A DNA stretch of 64,000 nt from a bacterium (GCA_965261595.1 CBDHDG010000004.1:448001-512000); one strand, 5' to 3'. Positions 30,742 to 40,982 are shown, numbered from the stretch's first letter. Notes: generated by a model not told the origin, from the sequence alone. Made by a program: numbers and translations.

Positions 30742-32112
30742 TTAGAGGGTCTCTACGACCTCTCCGATCGCTTGATCGAGAGCGTCCACAATGACATCCG
30801 CCTGCTCCGCGGTCAAAATCAGGGGCGGCGAAATCGTCAAAATATCTCCGACGTTTCGGAAAATGACACCCAATTCCTCCACCCGCGTCCGCACCCTTCC
30901 CCCGACTTCGCCCGGTTTGTCGAAAGGCTTCTTCGCGGACCGGTCCCGGACGAGCTCGACCCGCGCCAGGAGGCCGAGACCGCGCACATCCCCGACGATG
31001 GAATGCTTTTCCAGCTCCTTGAGGCGGTTCAACAGGTGGGCGCCGACCTGGGCGGCGTTTCCGGGCAGGTCCTCGTTCTCGACGATCGCAAGAGTCGCCA
31101 AAGCCGCCGCCGCGGCCGCCGCGTGGCCGCTGTACGTGTTGCCGTGACGGAAATCCTTCCCATCTCCCGGGGTCCCCAGAAACGCCTGATAGATCTCTTC
31201 GGTGCACATCGTGGCGCCCATGGGGACATATCCGCTCGTCAGCCCTTTGGCGAAGCACATGATGTCCGGCTGAATCCCGTACGTCCGGCTGCCGAACCAG
31301 GTCCCGGTCCGGCCGAAGCCGGTGATGACTTCATCGGCGATGAAGAGGACATCGTTCTTCGTGCAGATCTCCCGGCATTTCTTCAGGTAGGTTTCGGGCG
31401 GGATGATGACGCCCGCGGCCCCCATGATGGGCTCGGCGATGAAGGCGGCCACGCTGTCCGCCCCCTCGAAGGCGATGGCGGCGCGGAGCGCGTCCGCCGC
31501 CGCCTCGGAGACCTCTTCCTCCGAGAGGCCCTCGCCGAAATCGTTTCTGTAGCAGTTGGGCTCGGCGATGTGGCGGAACCCGGGCAGAAGCGGCTCGAAC
31601 ATCCGGCGGTTGGCCGTCATGCCAGACGCCGATAAGGCCCCGAACGTGACGCCGTGATAACCGTTTCTGCGTCCGATGACCTTGAATTTCCCCTCCTTCC
31701 CGAGGTTCCTCCAATACTGGCGCACCATCTTGAGGGCGGTCTCGACGGCCTCGGAGCCGCTGTCCGAATAGAATACCTTCCCCATCCCTTCGGGCGCGGC
31801 CAGCTCCTTGAGCCTTTCCCCCAGCTCGATGGCCGGCTGGTTCGAGTAACCCAGGAACATGCTGAAATAGGCCATCTTCTTCATCTGTTCATGGACGGCT
31901 TCGATCACCTCCTGACGGCCGTAACCGACGTTGACCAGCCAAAGACTCGCGTGGGCGTCGAGGTACTTCCTGCCCGAGGCGTCGTAGAGGTAGCACCCCT
32001 CGGCCCGCTCGAAAATGAGCGGGCCGTTCTCCCGAACAGTCTCCATCTGGATGTAGGGGGTCCAAAGAGCCAGGCGATGCGCCTGGTCCAGGTCGGTGAG
32101 CGTCCTTGTCAT
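30742..32112 (-). CDS. Class III PLP aminotransferase (omega-amino acid/BioA-like)
   Basis: SGSEAVE, YHG, DEVITGFGRTG, FAKGLTSGY, HGNTYSGH. Confidence 0.93.
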   Translation of the reverse strand: MTRTLTDLDQAHRLALWTPYIQMETVRENGPLIFERAEGCYLYDASGRKYLDAHASLWLVNVGYGRQEVIEAVHEQMKKMAYFSMFLGYSNQPAIELGERLKELAAPEGMGKVFYSDSGSEAVETALKMVRQYWRNLGKEGKFKVIGRRNGYHGVTFGALSASGMTANRRMFEPLLPGFRHIAEPNCYRNDFGEGLSEEEVSEAAADALRAAIAFEGADSVAAFIAEPIMGAAGVIIPPETYLKKCREICTKNDVLFIADEVITGFGRTGTWFGSRTYGIQPDIMCFAKGLTSGYVPMGATMCTEEIYQAFLGTPGDGKDFRHGNTYSGHAAAAAAALATLAIVENEDLPGNAAQVGAHLLNRLKELEKHSIVGDVRGLGLLARVELVRDRSAKKPFDKPGEVGGRVRTRVEELGVIFRNVGDILTISPPLILTAEQADVIVDALDQAIGEVVETL

Positions 32113-32184
32113 GTTGGCTTGCCTCCAATTCCCAGATGTACGTAAAGAAGTCTTCGTTTCGAAGCTTAAAAATGGCGGCTCCCG

Positions 32185-33066
32185 TCAGTCGATGGCCTCG
32201 CCCGTTGTGCGCTCCAGCTCGGCGATGCGCCCCTGGAGATCGAGGGTGATCGGCCCCGGACATGGAATCAGACGGCCGTCCACTTCCGCGACGCCGTGGA
32301 TACGGCTGAAGGAGGAAGTCAAAAAGGCCTCGTCCGCGGTGTAGAGATCGTAGAGGGTGAGGTCGGCCTCCGCCGCCGGGATCCCCTCCCTATCGGCGAT
32401 TTCCAGGACAGTCCGTCGCGTGATTCCATCAAGGATGCGTGTCTTTTCCGGAGTCCTGATCATACCCTCTTTTACAATGAAAATATTCTCCCCGGGGGCC
32501 TCGGCGATAAAGCCCCGGGTGTCCAACAGAATGGCCTCGTCGTAGCCCGATTCGATCGCCTCGATGCGCGCCAGGACGTTGTTCAGGTAGTTCAGGCTCT
32601 TTACGCGCGGCTCGAAGCACTCGGGCGGAACTTTTCGGACGCCCGCCGTCTTCAGCCTGAGACCCCGGCCCTGAACGTCGTAACTCGACCCCGTCTCGGC
32701 GGGGGGCGTCGGGTCATGCAGGAGGACGACCAAGGTCGGGGTCTTGACGACCCGGGGGTCCAGGACGGGATAGCCCTCCCCGCGCGAGACGACGACGCGG
32801 ATGTAGACGTCCTGGACGCCCGAGCGGCGAGCCGCTTCTTTGACGATCTCGGCAATCCGGTCTTTGGACTCCGGGAGCTCGAGACGAAGCGCCCGCGCGG
32901 AGCGCTCCAGTCGGTCCAGGTGGTCCCGAAATTTGAAGAGCCGACCGTCACGGGCGGTCAAACTCTCGAAGACGCCGTCGCCGTAAAGAAAGCCGTGGTC
33001 GAAAGCGGAGACCTTGGCCTCGGCCGCCTCGACGAATTCACCGTTGACGTAGCAGATGAATGCCAT
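32185..33066 (-). CDS. ilvE: Class IV PLP aminotransferase (branched-chain amino acid aminotransferase-like)
   Basis: DHGFLYGDGVFE, HLDRL, KSLNYLNN, LDGITR. Confidence 0.85.
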   Translation of the reverse strand: MAFICYVNGEFVEAAEAKVSAFDHGFLYGDGVFESLTARDGRLFKFRDHLDRLERSARALRLELPESKDRIAEIVKEAARRSGVQDVYIRVVVSRGEGYPVLDPRVVKTPTLVVLLHDPTPPAETGSSYDVQGRGLRLKTAGVRKVPPECFEPRVKSLNYLNNVLARIEAIESGYDEAILLDTRGFIAEAPGENIFIVKEGMIRTPEKTRILDGITRRTVLEIADREGIPAAEADLTLYDLYTADEAFLTSSFSRIHGVAEVDGRLIPCPGPITLDLQGRIAELERTTGEAID

Positions 33067-33324
33067 TTAATTCCCAGTGGGGCAGCGGTACGGATTACCG
33101 GCACTACGACACACCCACTCTATACCCGAATGTGATGCAGAGATGAAATCCGTCCTCACACAGAATAATCGATATCAGGGTCGATAAGGAACAGCGCAAA
33201 TTCTCGCCCATATTCAGTCAATCCATAGCTGTCTTCTGCCCCAAGTCTACCAATGGTCTCCCCCGCTCTAGGGTTTTGTTGGACACTCGATTGATCCATG
33301 ATTCATGGAGAAAGGGGTGTCGCG

Positions 33325-33711
33325 ATGAACGAACAAAAGCAAGAGGGGGCTTTGGCGGAGGGCGCCCGCAGGGCGAACGGAGCCAAGGCCCCAGGGCATC
33401 GCAGTGAGCGGGGTCGGTTCTCCTGCCAGCGCAAGCGGGAGGCGGTCCTGCGTCTTTTGCGGGGCGAGAGCCTGGAGACGCTCTGCCGCGAGTTGGGCAC
33501 GACAGCGGCTCGGCTTTCCGCCTGGCGCGAGGCGTTCCTTCGCGGGGGCGAGGCGGCGCTCAAAGCCCGCCCGGCGGATGAGCGGGACGAGGAGAACGCC
33601 CGGCTCAAGGCCAAGGTGGGCGAACTCACGATGGAGGGCGAGGTCCTGCGGGAGAAGATCGACCGCCTGGAGGCCGGCCGCCCTTTAGCCGGCAGGAGGT
33701 GGAGGCGATGA
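33325..33711 (+). CDS. IS3-family OrfA (HTH protein)
   Basis: RFS..RKREAVLRLLRGE HTH plus coiled coil. Confidence 0.85.
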   Translation: MNEQKQEGALAEGARRANGAKAPGHRSERGRFSCQRKREAVLRLLRGESLETLCRELGTTAARLSAWREAFLRGGEAALKARPADERDEENARLKAKVGELTMEGEVLREKIDRLEAGRPLAGRRWRR

Positions 33712-34616
33712 GTCAGGCCCGCTTCACCTCCACGGGCAGAGCCTACGGCCTGAAGCGGGTGTGCGCCCTTTGGGGCTTGGCGCGCTCCACGGTCTACGCG
33801 CAACGGCGGCGAGAGGCGGTCCCCGTTCATGAACGCCCCACGCCCAATAAGCGCGGCCCTGTGGGCCCGTGCACCGATGCGGAACTCCTCGGCCACATCC
33901 GGCAGGTCCTGGAGGACTCTCCCTTCCATGGCGAGGGCTACCGCAAGGTGTGGGCGAGGCTGCGCTTCGCGGGCATCCGCACCAGCAAGGAGCGGGTGCG
34001 TCGCCTGATGCGGGAGGCGGGGCTTCAGGCCCCCCACCGGGTGGGCAAACCCCGAGGTCCCAAGGCCCACAACGGGACCATCCGCACCGAGCGGCCCGAC
34101 CGAATGTGGGGCACGGACATGACGACGACGGTGACCACCGAGGAGGGGATGGCCTCGGTGTTCGTGGCGGTGGATCACTGCTCGGTGGACTGCGTGGGGA
34201 TCCATGCGGCCAAGAGCGGCAACCGCTTCGAGGCCCTGGAGCCGATCCGGCAGGGGGTCGCCGAGCGCTTCGCCGGCTTGGAGGCGGACGTCGCCGAGGG
34301 GCTTAAAGTTCGTCACGACCACGGCCCCGCCTATCTGTCCGATGACTTTCAGCGGGAGATCGCCTACCTGGGCATGACCAGTTCGCCCAGCTTCGTGCGG
34401 GCGCCCGAGGGAAATGGCTACTGTGAGTGGTTTATCCGCATCTTGAAGGAGAATCTCCTGTGGGTGCGCTCTTTCGCCACCGTAGAGGAACTGCGGTGGG
34501 CGCTGCTTGAGTTCAAGAACCTGTACAACCATCATTGGATTCTCGAGGGCTACGGCTACCGAACGCCGGCCCAGGCAAGGCAGGAAAAACTCGCTCAAGT
34601 TGCGGAGGCCGCATGA
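33708..34616 (+). CDS. IS3-family OrfB (rve DDE transposase)
   Basis: GYRKVW, WGTD, HDHG, PEGNGYCE; ATGA overlap with OrfA. Confidence 0.9.
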   Translation: MSQARFTSTGRAYGLKRVCALWGLARSTVYAQRRREAVPVHERPTPNKRGPVGPCTDAELLGHIRQVLEDSPFHGEGYRKVWARLRFAGIRTSKERVRRLMREAGLQAPHRVGKPRGPKAHNGTIRTERPDRMWGTDMTTTVTTEEGMASVFVAVDHCSVDCVGIHAAKSGNRFEALEPIRQGVAERFAGLEADVAEGLKVRHDHGPAYLSDDFQREIAYLGMTSSPSFVRAPEGNGYCEWFIRILKENLLWVRSFATVEELRWALLEFKNLYNHHWILEGYGYRTPAQARQEKLAQVAEAA

Positions 34617-35354
34617 GGTCGAATACCCTCACCCGAGTGTCCAATAACCCAGGGGCGGTCCAGGTCCAATCGTAAGTAACACCAAACCGCATCAATTCCT
34701 GGGCATACGCCAGGAGGCGTGACACAGAAATCTCAAGCAATTTTAAGAGTTCGCCGGATTTCACGTGGTCACAATTATTTGCCTTGTCTTCTTCTGTAAA
34801 ATCTTTGCCCTATCGTAAATACAACGGAAAAGCGCTATGTGATCGAGACTAAGATCAGAAACGATACGTATGAACCCTTCTTTATATGGAGTTCGTGAAT
34901 TCTCGAGAAATGCCGAATGAACAAAAATGTTAGCAAAAAGTTTAATCTTTTCTTCTTCATAAGCCCTCGCGTTGCGGGTCAGAATCTCAAATAAAAGTGA
35001 TGCGAACTCATCGGATTCTACGAAGCTCTTGTCGAGTTTAGAGAGATCTAGACGATTGACCCTTTCTTTAACCTCTTCGGCAAACCGCTTCGAGTTTCCT
35101 TCAGCGATCTTGGCCGCTCGCGCACTTAGTACCGATACTGCGGCGGTGCCAAAGAAAGGTACGAGCGATAGGCCACCATCCATCAATCCCTTCCATACAG
35201 GCGATTTAGAGAGTGCTTCGTTAATATCATCGAGCCTCGATGTAAACCGCTTTTTAATAAATTTGTCTTCTCCGCCCACCCATCTACCCCCAACCCTTCA
35301 ATCCAAAACAAGGCGAATTCTGGGTCACTTATCTCGTACGTTTCGAAACCTGCG

Positions 35355-36110
35355 CTATATCGCGCACCAGCCGTCGTCCACGATGAGGTCGAGGCCGTGG
35401 ACGGCCCGGGCGTCGTCGGAGGCGAGGAAGACGGCCGCGCCGGCTATCTCTTCAGTGGAGATGTACGCCCGGTTGGTCGGGGTGAAAGACTCCAACATCT
35501 TCACGAACCCGGGGTTGTCCTGAAGATGCTGATTCAGCGGGGTCGCCGTGTTGCCCGGGGAGATGGCGTTGACGTTGATCCCGAATTGCGAGATTTCAGC
35601 CGCCAGGGCCTTGGTGATGAGGAGCACGCCGCCCTTGCTGGCGCAATAGGGCACCGCGTTCGGGAAGGCGACGCTCCCGGCGATGGAGGCCACGAAGATG
35701 ATCTTCCCGAACCGTTTCTCCTTCATGATTGGCACGACCGCCTGGGCCGTCAGGAAGGCCCCTTTCAGGTTGATGTCGATCATTGTGTCCCACTCTTCTT
35801 CGGTGTACTCCTCGATGACCTTGTTGATCATACGGCCGGCGTTGCTGACGAGGATGTCCACCGTCCCGAATTCCTTCACGACGCTTTCAACCAAGGATTC
35901 GACATCGGACTTCTTCGACACATCGCACCGCATGGCCGCGGCCGTTCCGCCCCCGGCCGCAATCTTCTCCGCGACCCGCTGTCCAAGCTCCGGCCTGCCG
36001 TGATTGACGACGACAACCTTCGCGCCCTCCCGGGCGTACGCCTGACAGACGGCCTCGCCGATCCCCTGAGAGCCGCCGGTTACAATGGCGACTTTGTCTT
36101 TCAGCTTCAT
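35355..36110 (-). CDS. SDR oxidoreductase
   Basis: TGGSQGIG, YCASK, NAISPG. Confidence 0.92.
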   Translation of the reverse strand: MKLKDKVAIVTGGSQGIGEAVCQAYAREGAKVVVVNHGRPELGQRVAEKIAAGGGTAAAMRCDVSKKSDVESLVESVVKEFGTVDILVSNAGRMINKVIEEYTEEEWDTMIDINLKGAFLTAQAVVPIMKEKRFGKIIFVASIAGSVAFPNAVPYCASKGGVLLITKALAAEISQFGINVNAISPGNTATPLNQHLQDNPGFVKMLESFTPTNRAYISTEEIAGAAVFLASDDARAVHGLDLIVDDGWCAI

Positions 36111-36224
36111 GGTCAATCCCCTCTTCTGAGCGCCAACCCCGACCCCCGTGGTTTTCCCAAGAACCTCACCAGACATGCACCCCGCCATCCGTTGAAGGGT
36201 CATCCGTCGGCCGGCTAAAAAGCG

Positions 36225-36304
36225 GGGCGGGTACAGAGCCCCGCCCCTACATTTCAGGGAGCGCTACGTGTTTGGCGTTTAGGGGCGGGGCTCTGTACAC
36301 GCCC
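36225..36304. repeat. REP doublet (REPIN-like inverted pair)
   Basis: GGGCGGGTACAGAGCCCCGCCCCTAC, a ~29-nt spacer, then TAGGGGCGGGGCTCTGTACACGCCC. Confidence 0.75.
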
Positions 36305-36342
36305 AAATTTACTCCGCAAGGCAAATCATCAGTCCTTGCCCC

Positions 36343-38187
36343 TTACCGGGCCTGTGGCCCGACCGGCGCTTTCCGAAGCGCGGCCGTGGCCGGCATGTCG
36401 ATCTTTCCTCCGTTATCGAAAACGACGCCGTAAACCTCGCGGGCGCGCTTCCGGGTGATCCAGCCCTCCTCCACGTCGTGGCCAACCTTCTCCGGCGGCC
36501 GTTCATGGGGAGGGCCGTAGCCGCCCCCGCCAGCGGTGTAGGAGATGACAGTCTCGCCCGGCTCGAGGATGATGTTGGCGCACGCTGGCAGCTCTTCGAG
36601 CTCTCCGTCCGCCGTCCGGCGGTAGTTCCGGATCTTGGAGCCGTCCCCGCCCCCCAGCGTGCCTTTGGCGTTGTTGATGGCGCCGTCGGCGATATAGGCC
36701 ACTTCGAGCTTTCCTCCACCCAGCGGCCCGTATTCGCACAGCCCCGCCGGCGCGCCCGTGGTCCGGCCCGCCCCTTCGGTGTCGGGGACGAGACGCCGCG
36801 TCTTGACGAGAATCGGGAAGTGAAGCTCATCCAACTCCACGCTGTCGATGAAGCACAGACCCGAATTCCCGGCATGGCAGATCGTGAGCCAGGCGTCCGT
36901 TTTCGCGGCGCCCGCGCCTCCGGTGTCCAGCATGAAGATTTGGTTGACGAACGGGGCGTTGTCGTTCCGGGGATCGAAGCCCGAGATGACGCCCATGGAA
37001 GCGGGGAAAAAGGGGCCGCACTCCGCAAGGCCCAGTCCGTCCCGGATCATCGAGAACGCCCGCTGAACGGGGTTGGTCACGCGGTCGGCCAGGTTCGTGG
37101 TCGCGACGGACATGCTGGTCGGATGGGTTCCGCCCCCGGCGATGCATCCCTCGCGGATGTGCACGCGGATTCGCCGGAAGCTGCCGGCGTTGGTCGGAAC
37201 CTCGTCCTCGATGCTGTTGAAGACGGCAATCATGGCGGCCGTCCGCGCGCAGGCCTCGCTGAGGTTGAGGCCGCAGGGCATGGCGTCGGGGTTGTCGGTG
37301 AGGTGCACGTCGATCAGTGCGTTCACGCTGTCGATCTTCACCTTCACCTGAATGGGGACTCCCTCGGGCGGGGTGCCGGGCACCGGGTCATGAACGCTGA
37401 CGGCGGCGGCCTCGCCGCTCGGCAGCTTCCCGATGGCGGAGACCATGACCTTCTCGCTGTAGTCGAACCACTCGGCCGTGAAGGCGTGCAGCGTCTCCCA
37501 GCCGACCTCCTTCGCCATCGCCAGGACCTCGCGCTCGCCGATCCGCGCCGCGCCCACCATAGCCAGGAAATCGCCCCGCCACTGCTCGGGGACCCGGATG
37601 CGCATCTCGCACATCCGGATGATGTCGGAGAGCTCCTCGTAGTCCTCTTCCACCTTGACCGCCGGAAAGATGAGCGCGCCTTCTTCGTAGACGTCGCGCG
37701 CGTGGCCCATGTAGGTCGTCGGCAGGGAGTTGCCGCAGTCCGCCTGGTGCGCCTTCACCCAGACGGTGAAGTGATGAGTCCCCTTCCCGTCGATGACCGG
37801 GACGAGGATGGTGTGGTCCGCCGGGTGGGAACAGCCGTGGTAGGGCGAGTTGTGCAGGAAGGCGTCCCCCCGCTTCAGCTCGGGATGGATGTCCATCATC
37901 GCCCGGGCCATGAGGTCCGCGCCGCTCAGGACGTGTATGGGAAGGGTCTCGGCGCCGGTGAGGAGCTCGCAGTCCCGCGTGACGATGCTGGTCGAGAAGT
38001 CCTTCGCGACGTTGAGAACCCCCGACCGTCCGGTGCGGAACAGGGTGTTCGCCATCTTCGACGTCACGGCGTCGAACCGCTTGCTCAGAACGGCCAGCGT
38101 GACCGGATCGATCCCCGCGCGTCTTCCGCGCCGGACCCGGGGCGTCGGCGTCTTTTTCGCCAATCGTGCTTTCGGCATGCGTTGCAC
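36343..38187 (-). CDS. hyuB: Hydantoinase B / 5-oxoprolinase family subunit
   Basis: IDPVTLAVL, HNSPYHGCSHPAD, AHQADCG, GGGGYG. Confidence 0.88.
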   Translation of the reverse strand: MQRMPKARLAKKTPTPRVRRGRRAGIDPVTLAVLSKRFDAVTSKMANTLFRTGRSGVLNVAKDFSTSIVTRDCELLTGAETLPIHVLSGADLMARAMMDIHPELKRGDAFLHNSPYHGCSHPADHTILVPVIDGKGTHHFTVWVKAHQADCGNSLPTTYMGHARDVYEEGALIFPAVKVEEDYEELSDIIRMCEMRIRVPEQWRGDFLAMVGAARIGEREVLAMAKEVGWETLHAFTAEWFDYSEKVMVSAIGKLPSGEAAAVSVHDPVPGTPPEGVPIQVKVKIDSVNALIDVHLTDNPDAMPCGLNLSEACARTAAMIAVFNSIEDEVPTNAGSFRRIRVHIREGCIAGGGTHPTSMSVATTNLADRVTNPVQRAFSMIRDGLGLAECGPFFPASMGVISGFDPRNDNAPFVNQIFMLDTGGAGAAKTDAWLTICHAGNSGLCFIDSVELDELHFPILVKTRRLVPDTEGAGRTTGAPAGLCEYGPLGGGKLEVAYIADGAINNAKGTLGGGDGSKIRNYRRTADGELEELPACANIILEPGETVISYTAGGGGYGPPHERPPEKVGHDVEEGWITRKRAREVYGVVFDNGGKIDMPATAALRKAPVGPQAR

Positions 38188-38244
38188 CTTTCAGGGTTCT
38201 TCCACCGTCGTGTCTCGCGTGCGCTTTGACTCATAGAGTCCGCA

Positions 38245-38453
38245 CCGTCCATCCCGCCGGGCAGGGGGTCCACCGACCCAAACGCCCGGCCTGCCCATCG
38301 ATGAAAAAACGGTCTTTCCAACCGGCGGCGCGGGCATCCCGCCCGCCATCCATTTCCGGCCGGGCAAGGGTCCGCCGACCCAAACACCGGGCGCCCGTCG
38401 GTCGAATTCCGGGATTCCTGACAGGTAGGGCGGGCATCCTGCCCGCCATCCAT
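38245..38453. repeat. Two ~100-bp direct repeat units, each ending in a REP palindrome
   Basis: GCCGGGCA(G/A)GGG..TCC.CCGACCCAAAC..C.GG and GCGGGCATCC(C/T)GCCCGCCATCCAT each occur twice. Confidence 0.7.
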
Positions 38454-38502
38454 CGGTGATCGGGCGCGCGGACTTTTGAGTGTCTCCTCCCCCCCTCTGC
38501 GC

Positions 38503-40563
38503 CTAAGGCGTGATGACCAGCGTCCCGCTCTTCTTGCGGACCGCCTTCGCGCCGGGGTCGATGACGACGGTCGTGAATGGGGACTCGATAATCGCGGGTC
38601 CTCGAATGGCAACGTCGCGCTTCATCGTCTCGAACAACTCGACGCGGGCCTTCACAGAGCCCGTTTCACTGAAATAGGCCCGGCGCGTTGAAGAGACTTT
38701 GACAACCTTCTCATGGCCGAGCCGCCCCAAATCCCCTTTGCGCAACCCGCAACGCGCCTCGGCCCGCCAACCGACGAATTCCACCTCGGAGCCGGGGTCG
38801 CGGAAGGCGAACACCTCCTCGTGCGCCCGGTCGAATTCCTCCCGCGCGCGGGCGACGTCCGCCTTCGACCGGAAACGCCGGATTGACAGGGGCAGGTCGA
38901 TTTCCCAGATCTGATGACGGTACCGCGCCTCGGCGTACAGGTTGATGGCATGATCGACCGCGCCCTTCCCCGCGCTTTTGATGAACGCCCGACATTTCTC
39001 CCGCAAGGTTTTCAAAACGCCGTTCACACCGCTGAAGTCGAAGTTGTCCGTGGCCGAATAATAGAGCGCCCGGTGATCGGCCCGCAGCTCGGACATGAGG
39101 GCCCCGGCGGCGGACAGGGCCGCGCCCACCTCCGGAATCAGCAGGGTCTTGCATCCCAGCCGCCGGGCGATGGCCACCGAGTTGATCCCCGCGGCGCCTC
39201 CGCCCCCGACGAGGACGGCGGCGCGCGGGTCGATCCCCTGGTTGATGGTGATCTCCTCGATGGCGCTCACCATGTTCGCCGTGGCCAGACGGAGAATGGC
39301 CGAGGCCGCTTCCGGAAGGCCAAGGCCCAGCGGCGCGGCCACGTCCCGCTCGATGGCTTCGGCGGCCGGCCCCGCTTCGAGCGTCATTGTTCCACCCAGG
39401 AAGAAGGCCGGGTCGATGTACCCCAGGACGAGGGCGGCATCGGTGACGGTGGAACGCCTTCCCCCCTTGCCGTAGCAGGCCGGCCCCGGGACCGCGCCCG
39501 CGCTGGCGGGCCCCACGTGCAACAGCCCCCCTTCATCTACCCGGGCGATGCTCCCGCCGCCCGCGCCGATGCTCTTCACGTCCACGGAGGGAAACCCGAC
39601 GATGTGGCCCCGGTAGCGTTGCCCCAGCCAGGTTTCCGGCGTCGTGGGGATGACGTCTCTGCGGACCAGGCTGATGTCGAACGTCGTCCCTCCGGTGTCC
39701 GCTACGATCGCCGTGTCGGAGGCGGCGTCGGCGCGGGCGTAGTGACGCCCGGCGATGGGGGCCATGGAGGGACCGGAGCCGATGGCGTGAATGGGGGCCT
39801 TGGCCATCTCGTCCGCGTCCATCACCCCGCCCCGCGAGGTCAAGATCAAAAGCCGGCCCTCGAACCCCGCCGCCCGCAACCGGGTCGACAGCCCGATGAG
39901 ATAGCGCGACATGAGCGGCTTGAGGGAGGCGTCCATACAGGCCGAGGAGGCGCGCCGGTATTCGCGGAGGATCGGATTGAGGACGTGGGAAAGCGTCACG
40001 GGGACGCCCGGAAGATGGGCCTCCAAGAGGCGGCCGACGCGCTCCTCGTGGTCCGGGTTGACGGTGGACCAGAGAAGGGACACGGCCACGGCCTCCACCT
40101 TCAAGGCCCGCAACCGGCCGATGATGTCGATCACCGCTTGCTCCTCAAAAGGCTCGACGACCCGGCCGTCGGAGGCGATGCGCCCGGGGACCTCGAATGT
40201 CAACGCGCGGGGAACGTAAGGCTTCGGGAAGGGAACGGAGAAATTAAAAGGCTCGATTCGGCCCCCTTCGCGCAGAACCAGGACGTCGGGATGACCCCGC
40301 GTTGTGAGGAAGGCGGTTCGGGCGGCGGCGCCGGTGATGACGGCGTTGATGGCGTGCGTGGTGCCGTGGATGAAGAGGTTTCCGCCGGCCAGCAGATCCT
40401 CAGGGGTGGTCGACATGCTCTCGGCCGCGGCGTGAACGGCGTCCATAATGCCCTCCACCGGATCATGCGGGGTGGTGGGGGTCTTGAACATGTGGAGGAC
40501 GCCCCGGCCGTCTTCGATAAGCAGATCGGTGAAGGTGCCGCCGGTGTCCACAGCGAAGCGCAT
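38503..40563 (-). CDS. hyuA: Hydantoinase A / 5-oxoprolinase family subunit
   Basis: DTGGTFTD, SGPSMA, DTGGTTFD, GAGGGS, GPASAGAVPGPACY. Confidence 0.9.
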   Translation of the reverse strand: MRFAVDTGGTFTDLLIEDGRGVLHMFKTPTTPHDPVEGIMDAVHAAAESMSTTPEDLLAGGNLFIHGTTHAINAVITGAAARTAFLTTRGHPDVLVLREGGRIEPFNFSVPFPKPYVPRALTFEVPGRIASDGRVVEPFEEQAVIDIIGRLRALKVEAVAVSLLWSTVNPDHEERVGRLLEAHLPGVPVTLSHVLNPILREYRRASSACMDASLKPLMSRYLIGLSTRLRAAGFEGRLLILTSRGGVMDADEMAKAPIHAIGSGPSMAPIAGRHYARADAASDTAIVADTGGTTFDISLVRRDVIPTTPETWLGQRYRGHIVGFPSVDVKSIGAGGGSIARVDEGGLLHVGPASAGAVPGPACYGKGGRRSTVTDAALVLGYIDPAFFLGGTMTLEAGPAAEAIERDVAAPLGLGLPEAASAILRLATANMVSAIEEITINQGIDPRAAVLVGGGGAAGINSVAIARRLGCKTLLIPEVGAALSAAGALMSELRADHRALYYSATDNFDFSGVNGVLKTLREKCRAFIKSAGKGAVDHAINLYAEARYRHQIWEIDLPLSIRRFRSKADVARAREEFDRAHEEVFAFRDPGSEVEFVGWRAEARCGLRKGDLGRLGHEKVVKVSSTRRAYFSETGSVKARVELFETMKRDVAIRGPAIIESPFTTVVIDPGAKAVRKKSGTLVITP

Positions 40564-40943
40564 GGATCACGTCCTCTCCGAAACCGGCTTCATAAAGCAG
40601 GCCCGGGCGATCCGGTTCTTCCCAAGCGTGATCCCGAATGTCCGGTTCTATGTGTCACTCAGTATCAACCCGGTCCGAAGACACGCGGACGACTGGCCCT
40701 GTGGGCCGAAATCAGATCGACTCTTGGGAACAAATGTTGATTGGTAAATTCAGAAGCAAATCTTCGCGCATCTGGAATATCGGGTCAAGGGGGAGGGATT
40801 CTGAATTCGGCTGAATCCCGTGTCTGGGTCCGCCCATTCGCACCGGCGTCCGGCGTCCTCGGGATGCGACCCCACCCCCGGTTTGGCCGGATCCCTGTTC
40901 CGGAATTCTCAGGAAATATAAGAGTATCAAGCGAAATTCACTG

Positions 40944-40982
40944 TTGACAAGGTTATGAGGGTGTATTACATTTATAAATGTA
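40944..40982 (+). promoter_or_regulatory. sigma70-type promoter with a perfect 16-bp palindrome over the -10 box
   Basis: TTGACA-N17-TACATT; TACATTTATAAATGTA at 40967-40982. Confidence 0.6.

Larger units (their letters stand above)
33259..34662 (+). mobile_element. IS3-family element, copy 1 (1404 bp), TSD GGTC
   Basis: IRs TCCCCCGCTCTAGGGTTTTGTTGGACACTCG and (reverse complement) TGGACCGCCCCTGGGTTATTGGACACTCG; GGTC at 33255-33258 and 34663-34666. Confidence 0.95.
33156..35279 (-). pseudogene. Low-GC hypothetical gene (~238 aa, Abi-alpha/DUF4393-like), interrupted by IS3 copy 1 and a 1-nt frameshift near 34805
   Basis: Removing 33259-34662 plus one GGTC joins ..RFGVTYDWT to IGRLGAEDSYGLTEYGREFALFLIDPDIDYSV* in frame. 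Confidence 0.65.

Noticed and set aside
33303..34598. 431-aa ORF antisense to each IS3 copy
   Set aside because: Shadow of OrfA/OrfB in GC-rich DNA, with no recognisable motifs. Its repetition is just IS identity.
38245..38453. Possible mini CRISPR array
   Set aside because: Only two degenerate units with a ~100-bp period, REP-like hairpins, and no cas genes.
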